Positions 12,508 to 26,029 of a stretch of DNA of 64,000 bases are shown piece by piece. Source of the DNA: Dendrobates tinctorius (taxonomy: Eukaryota); the NCBI RefSeq assembly GCF_039654945.1, contig NW_027361684.1, positions 29,202,001 through 29,266,000 of the forward strand. Reading direction: 5' to 3'. The notes under the pieces are model-generated. The model worked only from the letters and a program-made list of their open reading frames with translations, was not told where the DNA came from and did no database searches. Both the position numbers and the translations under genes were made by a program. How positions within the stretch are numbered: position 1 is the stretch's first letter; each line of letters starts with the position of its first letter.

Positions 12508-13898
12508 GTAAGAGCCTGTGAGACTTCTGGCACCGGTGTGACAGCCGTACGTAGATTAACCATAGCGTGGTGCCACAGCTCGGAGCGGAGACGGGCATAA
12601 ACATCAGCACTAAAATATGGGATTATCAGTCTGTTCTCAGCATCAGTGAAAATCTGAATCACAGATGTGGGTTTCCAACATCTGCTGCTTGACTAAAACA
12701 TGAGTTAATCTGCTGTAACCTCTGAATTCCACACAGGCCGCATATTGTTATATGTACTCAAGAGACTCCTATATAAATGTTACTTATGAAAGTAAACACA
12801 CTGTTAATATTCATTGATTCCTGATTATCAGCTGTGTATACATTCTGCCGATCAGCTGATAATTGAGCCAATGCTCTGGCTGATTGGATCATTTACACCT
12901 TCATGTGAATGGACTATTAGATGAGCACTGAATGACTTGTGTGTAGGTGGCTATATGGGCTGAAATTGGCCAACCATTGAGCGCTCACTGGTTATTAGCT
13001 GGCCCATGTTGATCTCACTTAATTCAGTCTCATTAACTTCAAAATAGCTGAGCTGCAATTCTGAAAGCAACCTACTTGGCTCTCTTTTTAGACTTTTTAG
13101 CTTTTTTTTTTTTCCATCCAGTATAGTCACATTTAAAGCTCCTCTCGCCTTGTAAAAGCTTTTTCAAGAATACATGGGTCCCGGGTGAGTCCCACTACCT
13201 GAGCCACCATCAGTAGTGGAAGGACTTATGTCTCCCTTTTTGACAAAAGGTGAGGGTCACTGGAGTGTGACCGACTCCGATCTAACCAATACTACCCATC
13301 CTGTGGATAGTTAATTATTTTTGTGGACTGGCATACTCTATTAGTCATTATAAGGTGCCAAATAATAATAATTGGCCGTGTGCCACTCCTTGCAGCAGAT
13401 ATTCGCTCTGGCTAATAGACTCCCCTTCATTATACATCTCTGCTTAGAGGGCATATAGAAAGGGATTGTCCAAAGCAACAACTATCACACTTTTACTTTT
13501 TTATTAAACAATAAAAAAAAAACATGGTTTCTCACTTTGGAGAAATCTTTCCTTTTGATTAAAGGCTCCTATACACATTGCACATTAGAGTGGCTGCTCC
13601 CGCAAGTATCAGCAGATCAGCCAACAGTCCAGTATGTATGGGGGCCGCTCTACTTATTCCTTATAGATAATGTAGTGGGAGAGAAGTTTCTATGGGCGAC
13701 CATTTTCTTCTGCTCAGAAATTAACTCCTCCAACAGCGGCTTATCAGCGGATCTCACAGAAGAACACGGGGGAGGTCCCTGAGGTTGGACTCTATCGATC
13801 AGGAAGTTATTCCCAAATCCCTTAGATGGGGGATAACTTCCAAACTTGTGAATGCCCCTTTAAGAAGGCCAATGTATATCTTTTCTTCTGTCCATTAG

Positions 13899-14002
13899 GC
13901 CATTGGAGCCCGTAATCTGTTAAAATCTATTGCCAAGCAGCGAGAAGCCCAGCAACAGCAGCTGCAGGCGCTGATAGCAGAGAAGAAGATGCAGCTTGAA
14001 AG
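13899..14002 (+). CDS. IFT20: IFT20 coding exon 3
   Basis: [34 protein letters not shown]; AG/GT boundaries; 104 nt. Confidence 0.96.
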
Positions 14003-14106
14003 GTAAGATCTCCGCAGCAGTGTATATAACTTGATGTTGTGGTTTTCACTACATGCACTGGTCTATACTAGGCTTGTGCTTAGGAACAAAAGTCTGAACA
14101 GGCAGA

Positions 14107-15540
14107 GCTGCAGCGCAAAGTGCAAGGGAGAAGAGGCTGCAGCACAAAGTGCAAGGGAGAAGAGACTGCAGCGCAAGGGAGAGAGTCTGCAGCGCAAAGT
14201 GCAAGGGAGAAGAGTCTGCAGCGCAAAGTGCAAGGGAGAAGAGTCTGCAGCGCAAAGTGCAAGGGAGAAGAGGCTGCAGCGCGAAGTGCAAGGGAGAAGA
14301 GGCTGCAGCGCGAAGTGCAAGGGAGAAGAGGCTGCAGCGCGAAGTGCAAGGGAGAAGAGGCTGCAGCGCAAAGTGCAAGGGAGAAGAGGCTGCAGCGCAA
14401 AGTGCAAGGGAGAAGAGGCTGCAGCGCAAAGTGCAAGGGAGAAGAGGCTGCAGCGCAAAGTGCAAGGGAGAAGAGGCTGCAGCGCAAAGTGCAAGGGAGA
14501 AGAGGCTGCAGCGCAAAGTGCAAGGGAGAAGAGGCTGCAGCGCAAAGTGCAAGGGAGAAGAGGCTGCAGCGCAAAGTGCAAGGGAGAAGAGGCTGCAGCG
14601 CAAAGTGCAAGGGAGAAGAGGCTGCAGCGCAAAGTGCAAGGGAGAAGAGGCTGCAGCGCAAAGTGCAAGGGAGAAGAGGCTGCAGCGCAAAGTGCAAGGG
14701 AGAAGAGGCTGCAGCGCAAAGTGCAAGGGAGAAGAGGCTGCAGCGCAAAGTGCAAGGGAGAAGAGGCTGCAGCGCAAAGTGCAAGGGAGAAGAGGCTGCA
14801 GCGCAAAGTGCAAGGGAGAAGAGGCTGCAGCGCAAAGTGCAAGGGAGAAGAGGCTGCAGCGCAAAGTGCAAGGGAGAAGAGGCTGCAGCGCAACGTGCAA
14901 GGGAGAAGAGGCTGCAGCGCAACGTGCAAGGGAGAAGAGGCTGCAGCGCAACGTGCAAGGGAGAAGAGGCTGCAGCTCAAAGTGCAAGGGAGAAGAGGCT
15001 GCAGCGCAAAGTGCAAGGGAGAAGAGGCTGCAGCGCAACGTGCAAGGGAGAAGAGGCTGCAGCGCAACGTGCAAGGGAGAAGAGGCTGCAGCGCAACGTG
15101 CAAGGGAGAAGAGGCTGCAGCGCAACGTGCAAGGGAGAAGAGGCTGCAGCTCAAAGTGCAAGGGAGAAGAGGCTGCAGCTCAAAGTGCAAGGGAGAGAGG
15201 CTACAGCGCAAGGTACAAGGGAGAGAGGCTACAGCGCAAGGTACAAGGGAGAGAGGCTGCAGCGCAAGGTACAAGGGAGAGAGGCTGCAGCGCAAGGTAC
15301 AAGGGAGAGAGGCTGCAGCGCAAGGTACAAGGGAGAGAGGCTGCAGCGCAAGGTACAAGGGAGAGAGGCTGCAGCGCAAGGTACAAGGGAGAGAGGCTGC
15401 AGCGCAAGGTACAAGGGAGAGAGGCTGCAGCTAAAAGTGCAAGGGAGAGAGACTGCAGCGCAAGGTGCAAGGGAGAGAGGCTGCAGCCAAGGAGCAAGGG
15501 AGAGAATCTGCAGCGCAACGAGCAAGGGAGAGATGCAGCA
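14107..15540. repeat. 29-bp (distally 28-bp) purine-rich minisatellite in IFT20 intron
   Basis: ctgcagcgcaaagtgcaagggagaagagg, ~48 copies. Confidence 0.95.
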
Positions 15541-16584
15541 GTCACAGCTCTAAAGAGAGGAGGGTCAAAAAGCCCAATATGCAAAGCTACTAAGCTGCTG
15601 TCATGGGAAACTTTGTGGCCTTTCTTGCTTTCACTGCAGCTGCATCTGTTCGAATAGCTCCAAGGCTCTGAAGAGCTGTATGGATCAGACTGGTATCTGG
15701 GAGCCGCTTTACCATCTTTCTCCTTTTGAATAAAGCATGCATGCCCTCCAGTTCCAGAGTGCATATTGACAGTGGGCACCGCCAGCCTGGCGACAGCTGC
15801 TGGATGTATTCCGGCAGCATAAAGTATTAATGGCCTTCGGCCTTCACTACTGCCCGTCATAGTCTGATAAAAAGCGGTCAAAGGGCAGTTTTGGAATTTT
15901 GTGGTCATAAGATAACATACTTGGTTGGTCGTGATGCAACACCCTCCGACTCAACATATTAACCCTGATTTGAAAAAGGCTCATAGTAATAATATGATAT
16001 AAAGTTGCATTAAATAAAATATTTACAGTAATCCAGTATAAAGTAATGTAAGCCATTAAACATAATGGACCTTGGTGCCCATAACAGCCAATCACAATGC
16101 AGCTTTTATTTATATTTTCCTGAGCAATTTAAGAAATTAAAGTGGAGAAACCGGTTCTTCTCTTAGATCTCTTTAGTAAATGTTGGGGTTAAAGGGATCT
16201 CTCTGCTATATGGGGAGCATGTAACTAAATTTGGACCTTCATAACAGTCCATGAATTTCTTATCCTGGCAATGTAAATCCCTATTGACCCCCATAAATGA
16301 TCTTTTTATGTTCCCGATAGAATTGTACACGCTGCAGAGATATCCCAATGAAGATACAGACAAAATCCTAGAGCTAATCTGAGAGTGTGGATAGATCCCT
16401 TTTCTGCACCAAAATGCACAGTATCTTTGATCGTTGTTTTTTTCTAAGCACTGCATAGTAGGGCCAACGCTATATTATTGCCTGTAGATTTACTATGGGA
16501 CGTCATAAATACTCCCGTAGGTGTAACGTATAGTGCGCATTTCAGAAATACAGCATATTCTCCTCTGTTTTCATTTTTTTCCAG

Positions 16585-16666
16585 GTATCGAATAGAATAT
16601 GAGGCTCTTTGTAAAGTAGAAGCAGAACAGAATGAATTCATAGATCAATTCATCCTACAGAAGTGA
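16585..16666 (+). CDS. IFT20: IFT20 last coding exon
   Basis: [27 protein letters not shown]; spliced CDS 127+86+104+82 = 399 nt = 132 aa plus stop, the canonical IFT20 length. Confidence 0.96.
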
Positions 16667-17027
16667 CGTCTGGTACATTTCATGCAATCCTCTCCTGGAC
16701 ACGTTACATAGAGACCATTTACCCTAGACCTGTGTTGCGATCTCTCTCCTTACGAGGACACAATTAGTAAAAGGCCGTTCAGATTTCATTGTACGGAGCC
16801 TCTTGTTGGGACCAGTCTCACCTCCATGGACGAGCAGCTCTGACAATCATCATATGTTACATAATTGATTTTGTACAAATACTTTTCTTGTTTATAGAGT
16901 GTAAATGGGCATGGATTTCTCATATTCCTTCCTGGTTTTGATCCGTGGATTATCATGGATGTCTGACTTTCATTAATACAGAAAGCCATTCATTTATAGA
17001 GTATTTCAATAGCTGAAACTGGTCTCA

Positions 17028-17411
17028 GGCCTCATTCAGACGTCAATGATTCTTCTACAGAAAAGAGAGCTCCGCATTCCATCACTGGTTTTAATCAGTT
17101 TCATCTTTGTTTGGTCATCGTGTGAGGTTTTACCATCAGTTTTTTTTCAAGCTTCTCGTAATAGACCGTCTGTAAAAAAAAACAAAAAAAAACCCCACGT
17201 GCAGCACATGGACCCATAGACTTGCTTTGGCGAATCCGTTTCCAGACTCGGATCAAAATTGGACGTGTCTCCGTGATTATGTACTGACCGCTCAGTATGC
17301 AAAAATACACAGACGTGAACAGCCCCAAAAGACGATAATAGGTGAGAGTTCTATCCAAGCAAAAAAGTGGATAAGACTTGTAGGAGAAAAACTGACGTCC
17401 GAATGAGGACC
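17028..17411. mobile_element. Harbinger-like MITE
   Basis: TIRs ggcctcattcagacgtca / tgacgtccgaatgaggacc. Confidence 0.55.
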
Positions 17412-17660
17412 TAGGCTCGATAAGTCCAGTAGTAACTGCTCTCCATTACATTCTGCGGCCATCAATTTACTATCCTAGGAATAGAAAGCCCCACTATTCC
17501 CTCTAATGGTAGACCCCATTGACATCAGTGTTTTACCACTATTATCACAATTATCACAATGGGGGGAAAAAAATAATGTGCCAGATAATTTATATGATAT
17601 GTGATCATCACTGTTCGATTAGGAGGCAAATACACCCAGCATTAATTTCTTAACACTTCA

Positions 17661-17957
17661 GGTGGCCATACACATTACATGAATGTTGCCCAGAGCCACC
17701 AGTTTTGGCTGGACATGAAATAAAAATCCAGTATGTATGGTGGTGTCCCAATGCCGCCTCATTCACAGATGTCAGGGAGAGAAGCGTCGGACATGTTGGA
17801 TGCTTGATTCTCTTTTTCTCACCAGAACTAAGTGGCTTACTTCCCTCTCCCCATTGAGAACATACACATGCTTGGCTATGTATATCGGATTGACCGTCAT
17901 GGCCATCAACAAAAAATGCCCATTCAGCTGACTGGTATCTAAAGTGTATGGCCGGCT
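17661..17957. mobile_element. Harbinger-like MITE
   Basis: TIRs ggtggccatacacatta / taaagtgtatggccggc, followed by TTA. Confidence 0.5.
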
Positions 17958-20633
17958 TTAGGCTACTTTACACGCGTTATTTTTCGCACTTACAGCAACG
18001 CATTAGATGGCTGTTGGCCGTATGATGCATTGTCTGACCGCCATCTCTCCTGTACACAGGAGTGTTCGTTCACACAAGCGCTCCTGTATTTTCTAGGAGA
18101 AAGCTTCTGACCGGTACGTCGGCCTGCGGCTTAATTCCAGGAGAATAAGGGGATCGACAGTCCAAAATTGGACACGCGTGATTCACAATGCCATGGGCAT
18201 CAGTCGTCCGGCTGCCCCGTACCCATTTGACACTAGGCTGAACCCATCGATAGGGGCAGGTTCTGGCCGACATTAGTCTGTGTATGGGGGTCTTTATAGG
18301 ATAGCTTCCAATGCCTTTCATGTGTCACATTCCACACTTCCATTAGGCAAGCGTTATCACTGTGACATTTCTATGTCTGTAGGGTCCGTGCAAGTGTTAT
18401 ATATGTATTTATCAATAGGTGAAATCCGCAGGGAAAAGCAAAAGCATTTTCACCAAACAATTGGCGAACAGCAGAGGTTTTATCCAGCCTGCCATGAAGT
18501 CCTGCCATGTTGTGTGTGGATCAGGTTTGTTCTGTAAAACCGCTGTGGATTTTCGTATACAGCCACGGCTAAATCTAGCGTTCCTGATATGCACCAGGAG
18601 CCGTGAATTCTGGCTGTTTTAATAATGACCATTTGTTACAAGGTGCAGCTCCCGAAAATATGCTCCAGTTACAGCAGAGAGGTGCGGACCCTCCAAGTCT
18701 CCTCTATGTCCTCTTTGCTATTTCCATACAACTACATGTGACGGAGCAATATTATTCTTTGGCTCTTATTGAAGCCACAAAGTTTTCTTCCATGTGATCG
18801 GCCTCCTGACACAAAACTATTCCAGAGTCCCTGTATAGGTAAAAAGGGAACATTTTGTGTAGCAAACACTAGAATTGCCCGGGGAAGCAAGAATTCTCCC
18901 AATACACATCTCTAAATACTTTATCAACATTTCAAGACAACGTGAGCGAAACCTCACTGCACCGTTTCATGCCACCAGAGCAAGTGAAATATTACAGGAT
19001 TATTAACATTGCATTCCCCAGTTGTCCTGTACATCATTGTTCTTTGGATATTTATATATGTGCATTTTATTTCTTATTTTCCGACATATAATCTTATTGT
19101 GATGTGTTTTTCATTTTTTTTTTTTATGCCAGTGTGCGGATTTGTGTTCTTGCATATTGCATAGGTTTGGAAGCAGAACTGTTTGCATTGCATTTATATT
19201 TAGTAACCTTTTCCCTACCTACAGCATTTCAACATAACACCTGAAGCACACCACCCAGATGCCACAAGTCCGGCTCCAGAATGACAAAGAGAGAACAATA
19301 CACAGATCAAATAGCAAATGTGAATTTATTAATTCAGAAAAAAAATAATAAAAAATGTTACATCAAACAAAGATAGCTCAAGAGGGACGGACACAATGTA
19401 TAATGGACATAATCCTAGTAACAGCGTGAGAAAAAAGACAGTGCTAAACAGATGTATGGTCTACTATTTCCCCAGATAAAGCAAGCTCTGCTGCACATAT
19501 GGCCCAGCTAGCATCAATGGTATGAATAAAATTACTATACCTTAAATAAAGAAGAGCTGCTGTATATCATGTCTCTGCGCCCATGTGCGCGTTTCGCCCA
19601 GCTTTTCCAGGGGGGCGTCTTGTTTGTTTTAACATTTTTTATTTTTTCTGAATTAGTAAATGTATATCTTATATTTGATCTACGCATGGTTCTCTCTTTT
19701 TTTTTTTTTTCTTTCTGGAACCATTATTGTGGCATCCAGGTGGTGTGCTTAAGATGATAAATGGACTGAGGAGGATCCACAATAGAGCCGCCTTCACACT
19801 TGCATTCTGTTGACACATTTGCTCTAGATTAATTTGCAATTCGAACCTGCTCACTTTTTGTATTTTGTAATAGAGTGCCTTATGTGCAGTTTATTTGCTT
19901 TTATTTTATAAAATCATGTGGTTGAAATAAAACGCTTGTGCTGGTTTTGTGTTTAACCGTTTGTCTGCATTCCCTTTTGGATTTTTTTTTTTTTACTAAG
20001 ATGATATGTCTGTACAGTAAAACAAGTTTAATTTAACTCCATTCCTAGGAGGCTAGTCTGCAAGGTACAGCTGAACTGCGAAAACTTGACAAATGATTCA
20101 TTTAAACAGAACATCGCTTACAGGAGATATCCAGCACTTTCATTATTTTTGTGTACTAAATGGAACTAACATTGTGGTAGATTCTAAATATCTGCCCGTT
20201 CTGCACCGGGATGATTTCTACTGGCACAGCCACCAAATCCCCTGCTTCATGTCACCTCTTGTCAACAGAGCACTTGAAGACGAAGGTCTTCTGGTCTGGT
20301 GCATCGCCGAGGTGTCACTGCGGACATCATGCTGATTGACAGTCGGATCTCTAGAATTAAGCAGCGGAGAGCCAGCTGTCAATCAGCATGACTTCAGCAG
20401 AGACGCCCGTTCAACAGAATGGAAGAGAAGATGCTGCTCTGTTGATGTGATGTCAGCGGAAGCAGGTGGAACGCCCGTACGAACAGTCCGTGACTGCTCT
20501 GAGCCAACAGACATCGCTGTCATTTAAAAAGGGCAGATGGTTTGCGTCTACCTGCCTGTAAGTTCTTAAACCTATATGCAGAAATAATAAGAGTCCCAGA
20601 TAACCCTTGTAAATGTAAAGAGTCATTGATTAA

Positions 20634-21004
20634 AGGTACTGTCACACTTAGCAATGTACCAGCGATATGACGCGGTCAGGATCGCTGGTACATCGCTAAG
20701 TGGTCGCTAGTGAGCTGCCACACAGGCAGATCTCACCAGCGACATCGCAGGGGACGGGGGTCGCTACTTACCTGTCACACCAGGCGATCCTGCGTCCTCC
20801 CGTCCGGCTCCACGCGTCGCTCGTCGTCACAGCAGGAAGCGCCGCAGGAAGCTGACGACGAGAAACAGTCCAGGATGTTCTCGCGCGATCAGTGATAACC
20901 AGAGGGGGAGCGGGTTGTAGGTAAGTATCAGACATAGCAATATCGCTATAATGTCACAAGTTATAGCGATATTGCTAGCGATATCGCTTAGTGTGACAGT
21001 ACCT
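20634..21004. mobile_element. Harbinger-like MITE
   Basis: TAA TSD; TIRs aggtactgtcacact / agtgtgacagtacct; internal gcgatatcgc-type repeats. Confidence 0.7.
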
Positions 21005-21149
21005 TAAGTTTTTGTGCTACATTTGTTTTTGTTTCTTTTTTCACTGTTTTTATCTGCAACCGGAGACATCCAGTTTTGATCCAAGTGATGGATCAAGCGC
21101 ACCCATTCACATCAATGGGTCTGTGAAAAAAAAGAAAGAAAATGGACCC

Positions 21150-23783
21150 TAAAAATTGTGCAATTTTCCCTGTGTACACCGATACCCTATATGTGATGGA
21201 AAACTACAGTTTGGGCGCATGGCAGAGCTCGGGAGGGAACGAGTGACGGTTTGGAGCACAGACTTTGATGTAATGGTCTGTGCGCACCATGTCGTGTTTG
21301 GAGAGCCCCTGATATGCCTAAACAGTGGAAACCCCCCACATGCGACCCTATTTTGGAAACTAGACCCCCCAAGAAATGTATCTAGATGTGTGGTGAGCAC
21401 TTTGAACCCCAAGTGCTTCACAGTCATTTATAACGTTGAACCATGAAAATAAGATTGCAAAAAAAAAAAAAAAAAATGTAGCTAAAAAACTTTTTTTGTG
21501 GGAAAAAATGTGATTTTTTTTTAAAGGCAACAGGATAAAATTGATCTAAAAAAAATAGTTGTGCAATTTCCCTTGAGTATGCCGATACCCCCATATGGGA
21601 TAGAAATCTACTGTTTGGGCACACGGCAGGCTTGGAAGCAGTGATGGTTTGGAGGGCAGACTTTGATAGAATGATCTGCGCCCGGCATGTTGCATTTGGA
21701 GAGACCCTGATGGAAATCCTTCACAAGTGACCCCAATTTCGAAATTACACCCCCTAGATGCATAGTTACAGTAATGATAATGCTTTTGGTTTTTATTGGT
21801 GTATGAATTTATTATATGGTGTTGTGCAGAGTACACCAGATTATAAAAGTGTGTTGTGTCAACAGGGTAAAGACAAACTTTATTAATTTATGAATGTGTG
21901 GTACACTTTGAAGCAATCCTTAATGCAAAGGCCAGGTTTCTCAGGCAGGTTTCACAATGGTATTGTCTTTTCGGATTCCCCTCTTGGAGCATGCTATGCA
22001 CCTTTTCTGTGTTCTTTCCTTCGCTGTTTGGAGAACCTCTGATGGAAAATGTTGACCTGGTACCATACCAATACCTTCAGTTTCAGAAGTACTGGCACCC
22101 TCACCTTCCTTACTGCCAAACATTAGGACCTTGATGAGTAACTCCTGAAACTGAAGGAAGGTCCCTTATTGCCTGGAGATTGAAACAGCACAAAAGCATT
22201 GTTCAGTGCCATCTATACAATGTGCATGGCCAATTTTTTGTACCATGCTATAGCTTTTGGCATGGCCCTGTATGGTTTGAGGACCTGATCTGAGAGATCT
22301 ACACCACCCAAGTACTTATTATAATCCAGGATACCATCTGGCTTTGAGACTTGTGTTGTGGTAACCCGGACAGTAGCGGGAGCTGTTGTCTCGGTGTATA
22401 GTGGTCAAGATTAGGACATCCCTCTTTTCCTTGTACTTGACCACCATCATGTTGTCGCTGCATTGGGCTCTGCTTTTGCCCAATTTGCGGCAAATTTTTC
22501 GCACAGTGCCAAATGCAACTATATTTCTGACAGGGTCTTGAAGAGTGGGATGCTGGTAGAAAAGTTATCAATGTAGAGGAGATAACCCTTATCCAGCAGT
22601 GGGTGCAGCAATTCCCACACAATTTTCCCACTTACCCCCAGGACACGGGGGCATTCATGGGGTTCAGTCTGACTGTCCTTCCCTTCGTAGACCCTAAATC
22701 TGTGGATGTACCCTGAGGTATTGTCGCACAGCTTGTACATTTTACTTCCGTACCTGGTCCACTTACTGGGCAGGTGTTGTTGTTTTACCATGTGAAAAAG
22801 AAAGAAAGGATGGCACTCACCATTCTGTCGTGATAGGTCCACCTATTGTACATTCTTCCCAAGCCTATGCTTCTTATCCAATAAAAATCATCATGACAGA
22901 ACAATGAGTGCCATCCTTTTTCTTTTTTCACATGATATATTTTTGTGTTTTTGCTGGATTGAGCACCCGTTCCGCAGGTAGAATTGCGCACAGTCCAGGT
23001 GTGTGAATTTGCATCATAGCTATGGAGCTTCATTAAGGGAGACACAGCAGTGCCAAATGTTTTCTTCCATTTGGACTCATTGTTGGAATTTTAGCCTCCC
23101 TCTTAAATGAACCAGAGATTCCTCTATACAGATGTCCCTTTGGGGTGTGAATGCCTCAGGACATTTTCTGCTGAAGAGTTTAATTACTGGCCAAATTTTA
23201 TACAGACAATCAAAGCTGGGATCGTCTCGGGAGGACACTGCGCATTATCACTAGAATACAAACATTTATGGATCGCTTCAAATGATTTCCTTGTCATGGC
23301 CATGCGGAATACCGGTGTACTGTCGAGAATATCAGTACTCCAGTATTGCCGAAGCTCTGGTTTTCTGACTATGTCCATGTGCAGCACAATTCCCCAAAAT
23401 GTAATTTCTGACGCATTTACAGGGGTCCATCTGGCATCTGATTTTGGGTGAAAAATTGATGGGCGTACAAATTTGTCTGGGACATCAAAGTATTATTTCC
23501 TCCCTGAAATTTTTTATTTTTAAAAAGTCATTTTGAGTGAGGCTAGTGGATTCCGGAGCTGCCCCTGAAATCCGGAATAACAGGCTGATAAGTTTCGGGG
23601 GGTGTGTGCAATCCATATTGGATCGATTGCTGTACGGGGTGCATGGGTGCCTTGCTGGGGGTCCTTCCTCACTAAATGAGGAGGAAGAGGAATTTGGGAT
23701 CTTCCCAACGGCCTGAATCCATGTTGGAGGCATGGAAAGCTTATGCCTCTTCTGGGGAAGAGTCTTCTTGACGAATGGGCCAT
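21150..23783 (-). mobile_element. Decayed piggyBac element (PGBD4-like transposase pseudogene 23783-21883 plus subterminal repeats)
   Basis: Fragments KPELRQYWS, MTRKSFEAIHK, LPSK.TRYGSKMYKLCD, YLLYIDNFSTS, QKRCIACSKRGIRKD; 21150-21760 matches the reverse complement of the 47000-47650 subterminal repeats. Many stops and frameshifts. Confidence 0.8.
22788..23079. mobile_element. Small palindromic insertion interrupting the piggyBac transposase (Penelope-like relic)
   Basis: Inverted arms catgtgaaaaagaaa..aaggatggcactca / tgagtgccatcctttttctttttcacatg plus a one-sided extension; interrupts the RLKFQQ/HLPS reading; degenerate tgttg..tttta duplication at flanks. Confidence 0.5.
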
Positions 23784-24379
23784 TTTTATTTTATTATTCA
23801 AAACACTTTGGGTGTGTGTGTGTGTGTGGTGCTGGGTTTGTGTAAAGGGAACTATTATAAAAAGTTCAAAAAGTCCCGACAGTGCTTCACGGCAGGGCCA
23901 ATCATTTATATACACCTTCCCACCTGCCTGTACTTGGTTGAACAGTCATTCTTGTGCTGACACTCCCTTTAAAATATCGCTATTCTCAGCAGCACATTGT
24001 CCTGTGTAATAAGGAGGCAGCACGTAGAGAAATATGGCAGCCTGTGTGCACACAACGATGTAGGACTGATTCTTCTGCGCAGATTAAATACACAAGCTAT
24101 TAAATAACTGCCGGTAAGCAAACAAGCAGCTGCTCAGCAGTCGTTTACTGCCGCAAGTCAGGTGGTATAAACCCACCTTTGGATCTCTTGGGCCCTAGGT
24201 GCCCAAATAATATTTATTAAATAAGGATACAGTGGCGCTCAAATGCACAAAGACTCCAGCAGCACAAGTAAAAGACAACAGTCACCACATCTCAAAATTA
24301 GATAATGATAAATTACTATTGCGCTTAGAGATTAATTTGAGCGACACAGCAATTGCTTATAACAGCTGGATATTATATA

Positions 24380-26016
24380 CAGTGTTGGCCAAAAGTATTG
24401 ACACCCCTGCAATTCTGTCAGATAATACTCAGTTTCTTCCTGAAAATGATTGCTAACACAAATTCTTTGTTAATATTATCTTCATTTAATTTGTCTTAAA
24501 TGAAAAAACACAAAAAGAATTGTCCTAAAGCCAAATTGGATATAACTCCACACCAAACATAAAAAAGGGGGTGGACAAAAGTATTGGCACGGTTCGAAAA
24601 ATCATGTGATGCTTCTCTAATTTGTGTAATTAACAGCACCTGTAACTTACCTGTGGCACCTAACAGGTGTTGGCAATAACTAAATCACACTTGCAGCCAG
24701 TTGACATGGATTAAAGTTGACTCATCCTCTGTCCTGTGTCCTTGTGTGTACCACTTTGAGCATGGAGAAAAGAAAGAAGACCAAAGAACTGTCTGAGGAC
24801 TTGAGAAACCAAATTGTGAGGAAGCATGAGCAATCTCAAGGCTACAAGTCCATCTCCAAAGACCTGAATGTTCCTGTGTCCACCGTGCGCAGTGTCATCA
24901 AGAAGTTTAAAGCCCATGGCACTGAGGCTAACCTCCCTAGATGTGGACGGAAAAGAAAAATTGACAAGAGATTTCAGCGCAAGATTGTGCGGATGTTGGA
25001 TAAAGAACCTCGACTAACATCCAAACAAGTTCAAGCTGCCCTGCAGTTCGAGGGTACAACAGTGTCAACCCGTACTATCCATCGGCATCTGAATGAAAAG
25101 GGACTGTATGGTAGGAGACCCAGGAAGACCCCACTTCTTACCCCGAGACATAAAAAAGCCAGGCTGGAGTTTGCCAAAACTTACCTGAAAAAGCCTAAAA
25201 CATTTTAGAAGAATGTTCTCTGGTCAGATGAGACAAAAGTAGAGCTTTTTGGGCAAAGGCATCAACATAGAGTTTACAGGAGAAAAAAAGAAGCATTCAA
25301 AGAAAAGAACATGGTCCCTACAGTGAAACATGGCGGAGGTTCCCTGATGTTTTGGGGGTTGCTTTGCTGCCTCTGGCACTGGACTGCTTGACCGTGTGCA
25401 TGGCATTATGAAGTCTGAAGACTACCAACAAATTTTGCAGCATAATGTAGGGCCCAGTGTGAGAAAGCTGGGTCTCCCTCAGAGGTCATGTGTCTTCCAG
25501 CAGGACAATGACCCAAAACACACTTCAAAAAGCACTAGAAAATGGTTTTAGAGAAAGCACTGGAGACTTCTAAGGTGGCCAGCAATGAGTCCAGACCTGA
25601 ATCCCATAGAACACCTGTGGAGAGATCTAAAAATGGCAGTTTGGAGAAGGCACCCTTCTAATATCAGGGACCTGGAGCAGTTTGCCAAAGAAGAATGGTC
25701 TAAAATTCCAGCAGAGCATTGTAAGAAACTCATTGATGGTTACCGGAAGCGGTTGGTCGCAGTTATTTTGGCTAAAGGTTGTGCAACCAAGTATTAGGCT
25801 GAGGGTGCCAATACTTTTGTCTGGCCCATTTTTGGAGTTTTGTGTGAAATGATCAATGTATTGCTTTTTGCTTCATTCTCTTTTGTGTTTTTTCATTTAA
25901 GACAAATTAAATGAAGATAATAATACCAAAGAATTTGTGTTTGCAATCATTTTCATGAAGAAACTGAGTATTATCTGACAGAATTGCAGGGGTGTCAATA
26001 CTTTTGGCCAACACTG
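24380..26016 (+). mobile_element. Full-length Tc1-family transposon, IR/DR type (~1.64 kb)
   Basis: TA TSD; ~210-bp TIRs starting cagtgttggccaaaagtattgacaccc with inner direct repeat caaaagtattggcac. Confidence 0.95.
24762..25797 (+). pseudogene. Tc1 DD34E transposase pseudogene
   Basis: MEKRKKTKELSEDLR HTH, GRKRK, WSDETK, QQDNDPKH, SPDLNPIEHLW, KGCATKY*; premature TAG at 25206-25208 and ~25548, frameshift in the G-run near 25355. Confidence 0.9.
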
Positions 26017-26029
26017 TATATATGTGTAT

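Noticed and set aside
14031-15657. Long ORFs of 290-500 aa in all six frames
   Set aside because: Artefacts of a stop-free 29-bp tandem repeat inside an IFT20 intron.
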